A stretch of 61,824 nt of DNA from Candidatus Woesearchaeota archaeon (GTDB lineage Archaea; Nanobdellota; Nanobdellia; Woesearchaeales; UBA11576), in the NCBI GenBank assembly GCA_043819495.1, contig JBDRET010000061.1, forward strand, positions 1-61,824, in the 5' to 3' direction. The notes beneath the pieces were generated by a model. It was not told where the DNA came from, ran no database searches, and was given only the letters and a program-made list of their open reading frames with translations. Positions 1 to 8,552 of the stretch are shown in pieces (the stretch's first letter is position 1; the number at the start of each line of letters is the position of its first letter). The position numbers and the translations under genes are program-made.

Positions 1-258
1 CTGCTTTCCTTGCAGGCTTGCGCTTTGCAGGTGTCTTTGCAGGCATCTTGATAAGATCAGGAGCCATCTCAAGCTGCATCTCAAGCGGAGCACGGGTCAT
101 TGCAATCAATGCTGCTATGAACATGAGCGCGAACACGAATCCAAGAGTAAAACCCCAGGTCTCGCTGATCCTGCCATACAGAGTATAGATCACAATGATC
201 ATAAACCCTACAATAGAAGCAAGCATGAAACTGCTTTTCAAAGGAGCTACTTTCCACA
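1..258 (-). CDS. small membrane protein, truncated by the window edge
   Basis: An ATG at 256-258 (minus strand) opens a frame that runs off the window start: MWKVAPLKSSFMLASIVGFMIIVIYTLYGRISETWGFTLGFVFALMFIAALIAM... It has two hydrophobic helices. It is absent from the ORF track because there is no stop inside the window. Confidence 0.4.
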
Positions 259-341
259 TGTTGTTACACCTCTTTAGGTTGTTATACAGTATAATATATA
301 GAGAATAAACGGTTGCTTGTTTTAAATAACTTTCGCAGGAC

Positions 342-1430
342 TCATGAGAATTTCACGAAATTGAGCTTATCCACCTGCTTTCTTGCATCAATTATCCCTT
401 TCTCAAGCTTTGCCATGAACTCCTCCATCTTTGCGCATGCGATGTTCTTGCACTCACCACAGAGCAGCTCTCCTTTTTTGCAGCGGTCATATATGCTCTG
501 GAGCTCTGCATCATCCTCAATCAGATGCTGCTTGTCCATCTCAAATATCATGCACTTCTCAGGCTCGCCACCTTTCGCTTTCTGGATCTCAACAGTCTCT
601 CTTCCACCAGTGAGTGCCCGCTTGAGTTTCTTTGTCACTGTCTTGATATCTTCAGGCAAGACTATGCAGGACTCTGGCATGGATTTTGACATCTTGAGTT
701 CACCGTTCAATGATGGAGTGTACTTATGATAGATAGATGAAGGAGGTACGAACTTCTTTGATCTAGTCCGATTCACAACATCCCTGCTCAGTCTGATGTG
801 CGGGTCCTGATCTATACCCACAGGGATGATGCCTGGCATCCGGGTCTTTAGCTGCGGATACAGTATGTCTCCAACCTGGGTCACTGCGGACATGATACGT
901 CCCGGGTCCGCACTGCCATATATCGCCTTGAACTCATTTAGGGTTATCTTCTGTGCGAACTCGTACGCCATGTGAACTACATCCTTGTTCTCAGACTGGA
1001 AATAGAAAACTGTCTTCTTAGGATCAAGACCTAGAGCAAGATATGCAGGGATGTGAAACTCCAGAGCGCGCTTCTTGCCCTCTTCCAATGTAACTCCCCT
1101 TGCTGCTGCTGCTTCAAGATCTGCTATGAGTATGTATGCTATCGCTCCCTGCTCCTGAAAGTAACGGATATTCTCAACAACCTGCTTGTTGCCGAAATGT
1201 ATCTTATCACCAGTAGGCATGATACCGGATAGCACATAGAACGGCTTCTTATCCCTGATGCAGTCTGAGATCCGCTTCAGGTCACGGCCAGAGAATACGA
1301 CACCGCGACGCATGAGCCTATTAGGATGCGGAAATAGATCTACATCAAACGCTTCCAGGCCGAAGTCCTTGATGACCTTAGCATAATCTTCTGGAAGCTC
1401 TGCACCATAAGGGTCGATTGTCTTTGTCAT
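342..1430 (-). CDS. trpS: tryptophanyl-tRNA synthetase (archaeal/eukaryal type)
   Basis: Lies in ORF 342..1562, with a probable ATG at 1428-1430 (MTKTIDPYG...). Shows a class I HIGH-like PTGDKIHFGN, KMSKS (LKMSKSMP), and the RRGVVFSGRD block typical of TrpRS. Confidence 0.85.
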   Translation of the reverse strand: MTKTIDPYGAELPEDYAKVIKDFGLEAFDVDLFPHPNRLMRRGVVFSGRDLKRISDCIRDKKPFYVLSGIMPTGDKIHFGNKQVVENIRYFQEQGAIAYILIADLEAAAARGVTLEEGKKRALEFHIPAYLALGLDPKKTVFYFQSENKDVVHMAYEFAQKITLNEFKAIYGSADPGRIMSAVTQVGDILYPQLKTRMPGIIPVGIDQDPHIRLSRDVVNRTRSKKFVPPSSIYHKYTPSLNGELKMSKSMPESCIVLPEDIKTVTKKLKRALTGGRETVEIQKAKGGEPEKCMIFEMDKQHLIEDDAELQSIYDRCKKGELLCGECKNIACAKMEEFMAKLEKGIIDARKQVDKLNFVKFS

Positions 1431-1699
1431 GGTGTGAGTGTCGGATATTGAGGTATTTAAAGTTAACTTAAGATGAGCAGTGTTAAAGCCGGTGCTGCCA
1501 ATTAGCATGCTTTCAGAATCATGAAAATAATCAATAAATAATGACCCTTCGGGAAAATTCAACGTTTGACCAACTCAGGCATGCGGCGGCAGCACGAGCC
1601 TTGCCAAACAAGGTGAGTCAGGCTTTAACACTGCCTCAAAAAATAAAGATTCTAGTAGGACATTGTGCTGCGTCAGAGAAGACTAAGAAGAATCAAAAA

Positions 1700-2155
1700 T
1701 CAAACCCCTGCCAACCATTCCTGTACAATTTCTAGTGCTTTCTCGCGGTTTGAAGGATAGGCTGCTATGTTTATCTTGATGTGATAACAGTTGCCCTGCT
1801 CTGTCAGGGTGAGGACTCCGTCTTTCAGGAACCTTGACTTATCTATGCGGATGAAGAAGTTCAACTCTTCATCAAGCCTTGATTCAATCTGTTCCAGTAA
1901 TGTATTGCGCTGGTCAGTGGTGAGATTATCCTTGATATGTTTCAGGAACTTTGTAGTATTACGCTCTTTCTTCATGAACAGCTCAAATATGATTATGCGC
2001 TTCTCCTTGAACCCTTGCGCATTGGTCTGACTGAGCTCAAGCTTCTCCTGCTCTAGGTCAAAAGGGACAAGCTTCAGCAGTCCCTGCCTGATCTGTTCTT
2101 TGTCATCCTCTTCATATGAGAATGCAGTAAGTTTGATGTTGTGGGCTACTTTCAT
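1700..2155 (-). CDS. small RNA-binding-like protein (resembles the archaeal UPF0201/exosome-associated family)
   Basis: A 151-aa ORF with ATG at 2153-2155. The overall pattern (KLTAFSYEEDD...IIIFELF...NFFIRIDK...YHIKINI) resembles archaeal ~140-aa RNA-binding domain proteins. The family assignment is from memory only. Confidence 0.4.
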   Translation of the reverse strand: MKVAHNIKLTAFSYEEDDKEQIRQGLLKLVPFDLEQEKLELSQTNAQGFKEKRIIIFELFMKKERNTTKFLKHIKDNLTTDQRNTLLEQIESRLDEELNFFIRIDKSRFLKDGVLTLTEQGNCYHIKINIAAYPSNREKALEIVQEWLAGV

Positions 2156-2409
2156 TTTCTTTGGTCATTCACTAACCAGAAACCAAGTCCTACTCGGCTT
2201 GCGATGCAAACAATCAAAGCAGTTCTGCTTTGGTGTTCCAAAACAGCCAGCTGTTTTGAGAACCTCCGTACTGCCACGCATGCCAGATTCAGTGATGATA
2301 TAAGTTTCCGCTTTGCAGGCGCTTGATGTTCATATCACAAGTAATGCGGATAGCATGCTTACGGGCAGCTACGGTCTTGGTTTCTGTGTTGCTGTAGGTA
2401 AACGAATGA

Positions 2410-2418
2410 TTTATATAA
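2410..2418 (+). promoter_or_regulatory. TATA box for the presenilin-like gene (leaderless)
   Basis: TTTATATAA lies about 22-30 nt upstream of the ATG at 2440. Confidence 0.5.
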
Positions 2419-2439
2419 TTTTGTGCGAGTGAGTAGGGT

Positions 2440-3351
2440 ATGAAACATTCACTACAGATAACGCTCATCCTTGTTGCAGTGTTCTTCCTGTCCCAGGTTG
2501 CGGGCCTTGCAGTCACTAATAAGTACATCGCAGAGAAAGTGGTCGATGCAGAGACCGGAGAAGTCATTGAGATAACCTACTCTGAACTGCCGTTTGATAT
2601 CCAGAGACCTCAGATAGAGGAATCAAAGTCATACATATTCATAATAACAGCTATAATGATAGGCACTGTGCTGGTACTGCTCCTGGTCAAGTTCAGGAGT
2701 GTCAAGGTATGGAAGACCTGGTTCTTCCTATCGGTCGCCCTCTGCCTGACAATATCTTTTGCTGCATTCATCAACCAGATACTGGCAATAGTGCTGGCAG
2801 TCGGGATCGCCATATGGAAGATATGGAAGCCAAACTTCATAGTACATAACCTGAGCGAGATATTCATCTACGGCGGACTTGCTGCAATCTTTGTCCCGAT
2901 AATGAACCTCTTCGCGATCGTCATCCTTCTCGTGCTCATATCCATATATGACATGATAGCAGTATGGCAGAGCAAACACATGGTCAAGATGGCACAGTTC
3001 CAGACACAGTCAAGAGTATTTGCAGGTCTGTCAATACCATACCAGCTGCCTAAAGGCAAGACTGCGAAGATACAGATGAAGCCCCATCATGCTCCAAAGA
3101 AGGGCGCGCATGTGAAGACTGAAGAGATCAAAACAGCAATCCTCGGTGGAGGAGATATCGGATTCCCTCTCCTGTTTGCCGGAGTGCTCATGAAGAGTGT
3201 AGGATTCCTGAAAGTGCTGGTGATACCTATAGTAGTGAGTGTCGGACTGTTCCTGCTATTGTACTTTGCAAAGAAAGATAGATTCTATCCTGCGATGCCA
3301 TTCCTGAGTGCTGCGTGCTTTGTAGGATATGGCGTGCTGCTACTTATCTAA
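2440..3351 (+). CDS. presenilin/signal-peptide-peptidase-like intramembrane aspartyl protease (A22 family)
   Basis: Polytopic membrane protein carrying YD (SIYDMIAV), GxGD (LGGGDIGFP) and a PAL-like motif (YPAMPFL) in the canonical order. Confidence 0.8.
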   Translation: MKHSLQITLILVAVFFLSQVAGLAVTNKYIAEKVVDAETGEVIEITYSELPFDIQRPQIEESKSYIFIITAIMIGTVLVLLLVKFRSVKVWKTWFFLSVALCLTISFAAFINQILAIVLAVGIAIWKIWKPNFIVHNLSEIFIYGGLAAIFVPIMNLFAIVILLVLISIYDMIAVWQSKHMVKMAQFQTQSRVFAGLSIPYQLPKGKTAKIQMKPHHAPKKGAHVKTEEIKTAILGGGDIGFPLLFAGVLMKSVGFLKVLVIPIVVSVGLFLLLYFAKKDRFYPAMPFLSAACFVGYGVLLLI

Positions 3352-3364
3352 GTAACATCCAGAA

Positions 3365-3628
3365 TCATCCTTTCTTCTCGAGTCTCTGTAGTTTCTCAGA
3401 CATATTATGAGTCCAGGTCAGGCCTTTCAGAGATACCCCTATCTTATTGCTCTCCTCGAGATAGGCAAGGATCTGCATCAAGGTATTATGGTTGACTTTC
3501 TTCGGTAGTCGTTTCTTGAGTTCGGGAATAGATATGTATGCCCCTTCGTTGTCTTCGAGCACCGCCTCTACCATGAGTATAGTATTGAGTGTCGGTGAGT
3601 GCAGTGTCGCTGGTTTTGTCTTTGCCAT
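3365..3628 (-). CDS. small winged-helix DNA-binding protein (hypothetical)
   Basis: An 87-aa ORF with ATG at 3626-3628. The pattern ISIPELKKRLPKKVNHNTLMQILAYLEESNKI looks like a wHTH. Confidence 0.5.
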   Translation of the reverse strand: MAKTKPATLHSPTLNTILMVEAVLEDNEGAYISIPELKKRLPKKVNHNTLMQILAYLEESNKIGVSLKGLTWTHNMSEKLQRLEKKG

Positions 3629-4566
3629 GTGGTTTACCCTGATTCAAATAATCTATTGATACAAGTATGTAATTTTTAGGTATATTTAAGAGTTGTGGTT
3701 TGGGTGAGGTGTGATAATTCTGTAGTTATAGGCGTTTTACAGCAAAGTCATGTCCTGCTACGTTTTGTTTCACATGCTCAAACTGCTATGCAGTTTTGCA
3801 GCCCAAAATCAGAGATTTTGTGTAAAACTCCGCTGCCGCCGGCTCACGCTTTTATGGTTGACTGAAACAGGGCATCCCCGTAAGGGCGCGAGAACTCGAT
3901 TAGACCGCTGAGGGCTAATTCTTATGTCTGTGGAGGATATAGACGGTGCTTGTATAAATAATCTTCTGTTGCGTGCCACAATCTGGCTACGAAAAATAAA
4001 TACCCGTTTCTCCTTAGATACTTGCATGGTTGTCAAACGCTACTACGCATCACCATTCTGCTACCTCTGTCTGAAAATAAAGATGGATCTTGAATGGGCA
4101 GAACAACTTGAACTGCTAGTGCAGATTTCTGGATTGCAGGATATTGATGAGCTAGTAAAGACCCTTCTTGCCTGGAGGCTTCTTACAGAGCAGGACGCAA
4201 TCCACAAACAGAAGCAGAAAAACCTGGAATCGCATAAGACAGATGATGACTACTGGAGATATAACGAGAAAAAACAGTAAAGCATCAAAAGAATGCCCTG
4301 CTCTTATCCATAAAAACATCTCAAATATAGGGTGAGCTTCTAGCCGGACAAAATGCTTTTTTCACTTCCTTTCCATGGATCCGGAGCCAAAAAGAACCGG
4401 ACAACAAAAGGGACAAGTTTTAAACCCAAAAGAACATCAATATAGGGACAGCGTGAAACATGGCGGCTTAAAAAGAAAAGCCTTGGTTGGTGCAAACAGA
4501 GACGCAAGAGAACCTGACAGTAAAGATGGCAGAAATCTTTTTGGCATCGGGATGAGATGAGCGTGG

Positions 4567-4728
4567 TCAAGATCGCACTGATTTCTTCTGCTCTATTATC
4601 CTCGTTATCTCCTCGTAGAACTTCCCCGCCCTCTCGAGGGAAGTCCTGGCCTTCGACTCTATCGCGAACTGGCCCATCTCATAAGTGAATATCCCACGCT
4701 TTTTCTTCTCGAAGAGATAATCCTGCAT
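4567..4728 (-). CDS. 53-aa helical ORF translationally coupled to the HEPN gene
   Basis: Its ATG (4726-4728) shares one nt with the HEPN stop TGA (4728-4730). Sequence: MQDYLFEKKKRGIFTYEMGQFAIESKARTSLERAGKFYEEITRIIEQKKSVRS. It is below the ORF-track size cutoff. Confidence 0.3.
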   Translation of the reverse strand: MQDYLFEKKKRGIFTYEMGQFAIESKARTSLERAGKFYEEITRIIEQKKSVRS

Positions 4729-5171
4729 CAGCTCTCTGCTTTCTCCCTGCCGAGAAGCTCTGCCGCCTCCTCTCGCCCTTCCGCAAAGTACTCGACAAGC
4801 CGCTTCTCCAGCTTACCTGTTGCGTAGAAGAAATGGATCATCGCATCAAAAGCAACAAGATGAACCGAAAGGTCACTCCTCAGCTTGATTCCTTCATTTT
4901 CCAGGAGTGCTCGCACAGTGTAGAACATCGAGTAATAGCTCGCATTGATGACCCACAAGTAGCCGTCAAAGCCAGGATAGCCCATGCCTGCCTGCAAGTC
5001 CTTCTTCGTGGAAACATCAAATAGGACATTTGCTGAGTTCAGTGAATTCTTGGCGTTGGCCAGGAAGAAATTGACATGCTCAGCTTTACCCTTAGTCTGG
5101 ATAGTGCCGTCCCGCAGGTACTGTGTTACTCTACCCCTTACTTCCTTGATCTGCTTCTCCTCAATTATCAT
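4728..5171 (-). CDS. HEPN domain protein (toxin component of a HEPN-MNT pair)
   Basis: 147 aa and all-helical, with an Rx5H motif (RSDLSVH). It abuts the MNT gene (5171/5172). Confidence 0.7.
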   Translation of the reverse strand: MIIEEKQIKEVRGRVTQYLRDGTIQTKGKAEHVNFFLANAKNSLNSANVLFDVSTKKDLQAGMGYPGFDGYLWVINASYYSMFYTVRALLENEGIKLRSDLSVHLVAFDAMIHFFYATGKLEKRLVEYFAEGREEAAELLGREKAES

Positions 5172-5777
5172 TTACTTCCTCCCTTTTGAAAGCAGCCTGT
5201 AAAAGGTCTCAGCGCCGTACACGATGACGTGCTTGTTCAGCACCTCATTCATCACGTTAAGCTGGTCTCTTGAAGCAAGCATCTCGTAAACACTGGCAAA
5301 ACACACAACGTTTATGTCAAACTTCACACTGTGATAGTTCCTCGCGACATTATACAGTATCTTTTCGTGAGGCTCGACCTGCTGGACATCCCGCACTATC
5401 AGCAGGATGTCAATGTCGCCGGGCTTTTCGCTTATGACTGATGAGCCGAATATGAGCAGGACGAAATCGTCCTCCTGGATTGTGTTCACTGCTTCCCTGG
5501 CAAAGAGTTCTATGCTCCTGTTTCTTGGCTTGGCCAAAAATTCCTTGCTCCTTAAATATTCTACGTAAGCAAGTTCCTGATGGTTTGACCTGTAGTTCAG
5601 CACGAGCTGCTTGTTCTTCACCTGCGTGAGCAACTCCTGCCCTATGAGCGGCTTCATAGCCCGCCTCACAAGGCTGCTGTCTTTATTGAGAATCTTTGCT
5701 ACTTCCCTCATGCTGAACTGCTCAGTAATCCTGCCTGCAAAAACCTGCATTATCCGGGCCTGGTTCTTTGTCAACAT
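5172..5777 (-). CDS. wHTH-fused minimal nucleotidyltransferase (MNT antitoxin-like)
   Basis: Has an N-terminal wHTH followed by a Pol-beta-type motif, LLIFGSSVISEKPGDIDILLIV (GS...DxD). Confidence 0.8.
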   Translation of the reverse strand: MLTKNQARIMQVFAGRITEQFSMREVAKILNKDSSLVRRAMKPLIGQELLTQVKNKQLVLNYRSNHQELAYVEYLRSKEFLAKPRNRSIELFAREAVNTIQEDDFVLLIFGSSVISEKPGDIDILLIVRDVQQVEPHEKILYNVARNYHSVKFDINVVCFASVYEMLASRDQLNVMNEVLNKHVIVYGAETFYRLLSKGRK

Positions 5778-5918
5778 CTTTAAGACTTTTTTATCCTCAT
5801 GTAAGGATATTATTATCTATATAAAACTTTCGGTGATTTGAGAGCAAGATGAGATTTTTTGACACTACTCACCAGTAACTAAAAAAACGAAAAGTTTATA
5901 ATTCCAACTCTTCATTTT

Positions 5919-6480
5919 TTACGTAATAGGTAGTTCGAGCTTGGTTAGAAGTGTTCTTGTTCTTTTTGGGATTTCGGCTGTGATCTCTTTGTTGTCTAGT
6001 CTTACTGAGTATATTTTTGAAAGGAGAAGGAGTATGTCTTGCACACTGTATTTGTTGAGTAATTCTTTTTCTCTGAGGTAGTTTATGATTTGGCAATATA
6101 GATGAAGTGATAGGAATGTTATGAAAAAATATCCTCTGATGTGTTCGTTTGATCTCATATAGGTTTTATCGGATTCGAGATTATTTTTCCAGATGTCAAA
6201 TGCTACTTCTATTTCAACTCTTTTTTTGTATAGGTTGTAAATTTTCCTAGCTGATAAATCTGTGTTTGTAATAATGCTCATCACTCCAAACTGTGCTTTG
6301 CTTTTGTTATAGTCTTCAATATTTTTCTTTTCTTTTTCGATGTTTTCCAGGAAGTTTGTTTCTTCTTCTTGCCTGAGTTTTTTATCTAGGAATTGAACAA
6401 TTCGCTTGCCATTATGGGAATATTCATTGGACCAGATGAACCTGTCTCGAAATTTGAAGAAATTTTTGTATGCTTCATCA
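5919..6480 (-). pseudogene. IS4/IS1634-type DDE transposase, C-terminal fragment only
   Basis: The frame is open from about 6480 to the stop at 5919. Sequence: ...DEAYKNFFKFRDRFIW...SARKIYNLYKKRVEIEVAFDIWKNN..., with a Y-x2-R-x3-E-x6-K signature. The N-terminal two thirds of the protein are absent. Confidence 0.7.
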
Positions 6481-6489
6481 TTTTCGTAG

Positions 6490-6697
6490 TGGACAAATCC
6501 TTCTCTAACCGTCTACAAAGGGCATGAAAAACCTCCAGATAGCGTATAATCCTAGACTTAGACAGATTCTCCAAAACAATGGCATTCTTGAACTTTAAGA
6601 GAATCTCCTTATTCCGCTCTGAAATGTCCATCTTCTGAAGCCAAGCATCAGCTTCCTTGAAGCGCTTCTCATACTGGTGTATGTCCATTTTGTTCAC
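6490..6697 (-). pseudogene. tyrosine recombinase/integrase, N-terminal fragment only
   Basis: The first ~70 aa of ORF 6386..6697 (ISERNKEILLKFKNAIVLENLSKSRIIRYLEVFHALCRRLEKDL) resemble the N-terminal core-binding domain of archaeal integrases. There is no catalytic domain, and the fragment abuts the transposase fragment. Confidence 0.5.
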
Positions 6698-6929
6698 ACT
6701 CCAAGAATCAGCCTTTTAGGGATATAAGCCTTGTAGCCACTTTGTAGCACAAGGGCGTACCAATCGAGAAAACACGCCCCGTAAGGGACTTCCCCCTGCC
6801 CTGTGTAGATAGTTCATCGACGAGCGCTGCGCAATTTGGCGGCTACTGCCATGACTTTGTTGTTTTGGGTGAGTAGCTGGGGTCGTAGGGCAGGAAATCC
6901 TGATGTTCCACTAAAATCGTTTAGAAAAC

Positions 6930-6938
6930 ATTTAAAAG
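6930..6938 (+). promoter_or_regulatory. TATA box for the SRP RNA gene
   Basis: ATTTAAAAG lies about 20-25 nt upstream of the SRP RNA 5' end. Confidence 0.5.
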
Positions 6939-6952
6939 AGAGTCTCCATTTG

Positions 6953-7225
6953 ATGGTGGATGGGCAGGCTAGGCCGGGAGGGTAGTCGTCTCTTGTTACC
7001 ATCAACCGACTTACGATGGGGCCGAAGCCTGGAGAGAGGTCTGTGCAAGGTCTGTTGGCCTTGGCTTGGACGATGATACTCTGTCCTTAGGGATTGGTCT
7101 GACTGGGAATCGGGTCAGGCTGGGAACAGAGCAGCCCTAACCAATTAGGTCGGTGCTCTGAGGGTAGCGGAGTTGAGGAAAAGTCGAGATCAAACCAGCA
7201 GGTCATGTATAGGTCCATCTTCGGG
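6953..7225 (+). ncRNA. signal recognition particle RNA (archaeal 7S RNA)
   Basis: Alu-domain motifs GGCUAGGCCGGGAGGG and GGGGCCGAAGCCUGG are enclosed by helix 2 (CAGGCU/AGCCUG). A helix-8 motif GGUCAGGCUGGGAACAGAGCAGCC is present. 5' GAUGG pairs with 3' CCAUC. The ends are approximate, +/-15 nt. Confidence 0.85.
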
Positions 7226-7637
7226 CGCGCTTGCCTACTTTCTATTAGAACAACATATCAAAAACAATAACGTAATCCGTAAGAATTACGGCCATTTATA
7301 AACAACAGTATATAATTTATAAAAAATATAACTCCAAAAACGAAACATTTATATACTATTATGGTGTGGAAAAAGAACTAATATGTCTCTCAGTGGAATG
7401 AATCGACTTTGGAATCATAGAAACCTTGACGTTTCACTAGATAGAGATGTCTTTAATGTCGTCGCATTTACCTCATATGACGTCATTGTCAAATATACAA
7501 TTATGCGCTAACAAAGTCCTACGCCATCATGGACGGGGATTTTGTTGCGCAAGATAACTTCTAGCAAGACAAAGTCCCTGTCTGTGGGCTCTTCACTGCG
7601 TAGGCATCGAAACAAAGGAGAATATAGGTGCCAAGAG

Positions 7638-8444
7638 ATGAAAGCAACTGCAGCAAAACTGTACCAGACAGGAGATCATGCACAGACAACTAGACTTGAG
7701 CTTGTAAAGAAGCCGAGCCTCGAAGAACTCATGAAGTATTCGGTAGCAGTAGATTTCAGTAAAGCCACCACCAGACCAGGCAATCTTTGCTGCCTAGTAA
7801 AGGAGGCCAAAAGACTGCTCTGCGATAACCCGAATGCAGACGTGACAAGAATAGAGACCGACATCGAAGAAGTCCTTCTTCTCGACGCTGATGGACTTGA
7901 CCAGTTCGCACAGGTATTTGTCGATGCACACATGGACAAATACGATTTCAAACCAGGGACGTGCGGACTTGCAGGGATAAGATACATCAACACCTATGCA
8001 GGTGAGATGGGCCTTGCCATGTTCAAGACAAGGATCAAGAGAGGAAGGAACACCCTTGCGAAAGTATTCAGGAAGAGCCACATCGACGAAGCGACCGCAA
8101 GCCGTATCCTGACAGAAGATTCACCTTACAGGGTCGATGTCGATAACCAGACGCTCACATATGTCCTGGGAGACTGCTCAGCTGCAAGAGCGCTTTTCGA
8201 GACAGATGACGGGGCAGACATGATGATAGATTGGGTAGATGCCAACAAGAACATGAAGATTGTCGACTATGAGGAGAAGGATAAGCCCACGTACAGGGCC
8301 AAACATCTCCATATAGAGTACAATGGTCTTGTAAGAGAGCTTCAGCTCATGACTGTCGAGGTAGAGAATGTATCCAAACAGGATCTATACCACGGCTTTG
8401 ACAAGAACGACGTGGCTGTACTGGCCTATAAATCCCAGATGTAA
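7638..8444 (+). CDS. hypothetical protein with a RelA/SpoT-like nucleotidyltransferase motif
   Basis: Lies in ORF 7542..8444, with a likely ATG at 7638 preceded by GGAGA/AGGTG. The C-terminal YRAKHLHIEYNGLVRELQLMT resembles GYxSxH...vEiQiRT, and CGLAGIRYI resembles DxaGxRi. The match is weak and made by eye. Confidence 0.55.
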   Translation: MKATAAKLYQTGDHAQTTRLELVKKPSLEELMKYSVAVDFSKATTRPGNLCCLVKEAKRLLCDNPNADVTRIETDIEEVLLLDADGLDQFAQVFVDAHMDKYDFKPGTCGLAGIRYINTYAGEMGLAMFKTRIKRGRNTLAKVFRKSHIDEATASRILTEDSPYRVDVDNQTLTYVLGDCSAARALFETDDGADMMIDWVDANKNMKIVDYEEKDKPTYRAKHLHIEYNGLVRELQLMTVEVENVSKQDLYHGFDKNDVAVLAYKSQM

Positions 8445-8521
8445 TCATTTTTTCTTTAATCTTATTTATTATCCGCTAACCGGTTCATCTACTGATACCA
8501 TCAATTCTTCTTTTGTCAACC

Positions 8522-8529
8522 TTTATAAA
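8522..8529 (+). promoter_or_regulatory. TATA box for the HIT tandem pair (leaderless)
   Basis: TTTATAAA lies 24 nt upstream of the ATG at 8553. Confidence 0.5.
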
Positions 8530-8552
8530 CATAATATCCCGTACTTTATGGC

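Noticed and set aside
3924-4280. ORF 3924..4280 (118 aa) in the ORF-poor part of the island.
   Set aside because: Its first half overlaps the GC-rich repeat motif and reads as Cys/Leu-rich noise. Only the last 65 aa, from the ATG at 4083 (MDLEWAEQLELLVQISGLQDIDELVK...), might be a small gene, and nothing supports that. Not called.
4567-5171. A frameshifted (pseudogenised) HEPN toxin.
   Set aside because: The 147-aa product already contains the Rx5H motif and is of normal HEPN length. The TGATG junction looks like ordinary translational coupling. Left as an open alternative only.
6814-7005. ORF 6814..7005 (63 aa, minus strand).
   Set aside because: It spans the structured GC-rich region and the 5' end and promoter of the SRP RNA, which makes it implausible as a gene.
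7383-7511. A 42-aa ORF (MSLSGMNRLWNHRNLDVSLDRDVFNVVAFTSYDVIVKYTIMR) upstream of the RelA/SpoT-like orphan, considered as a possible antitoxin-like partner.
   Set aside because: It is too short, has no motif and no convincing promoter or RBS, and the neighbouring gene has its own GGAGA/AGGTG-ATG start. No evidence supports it.
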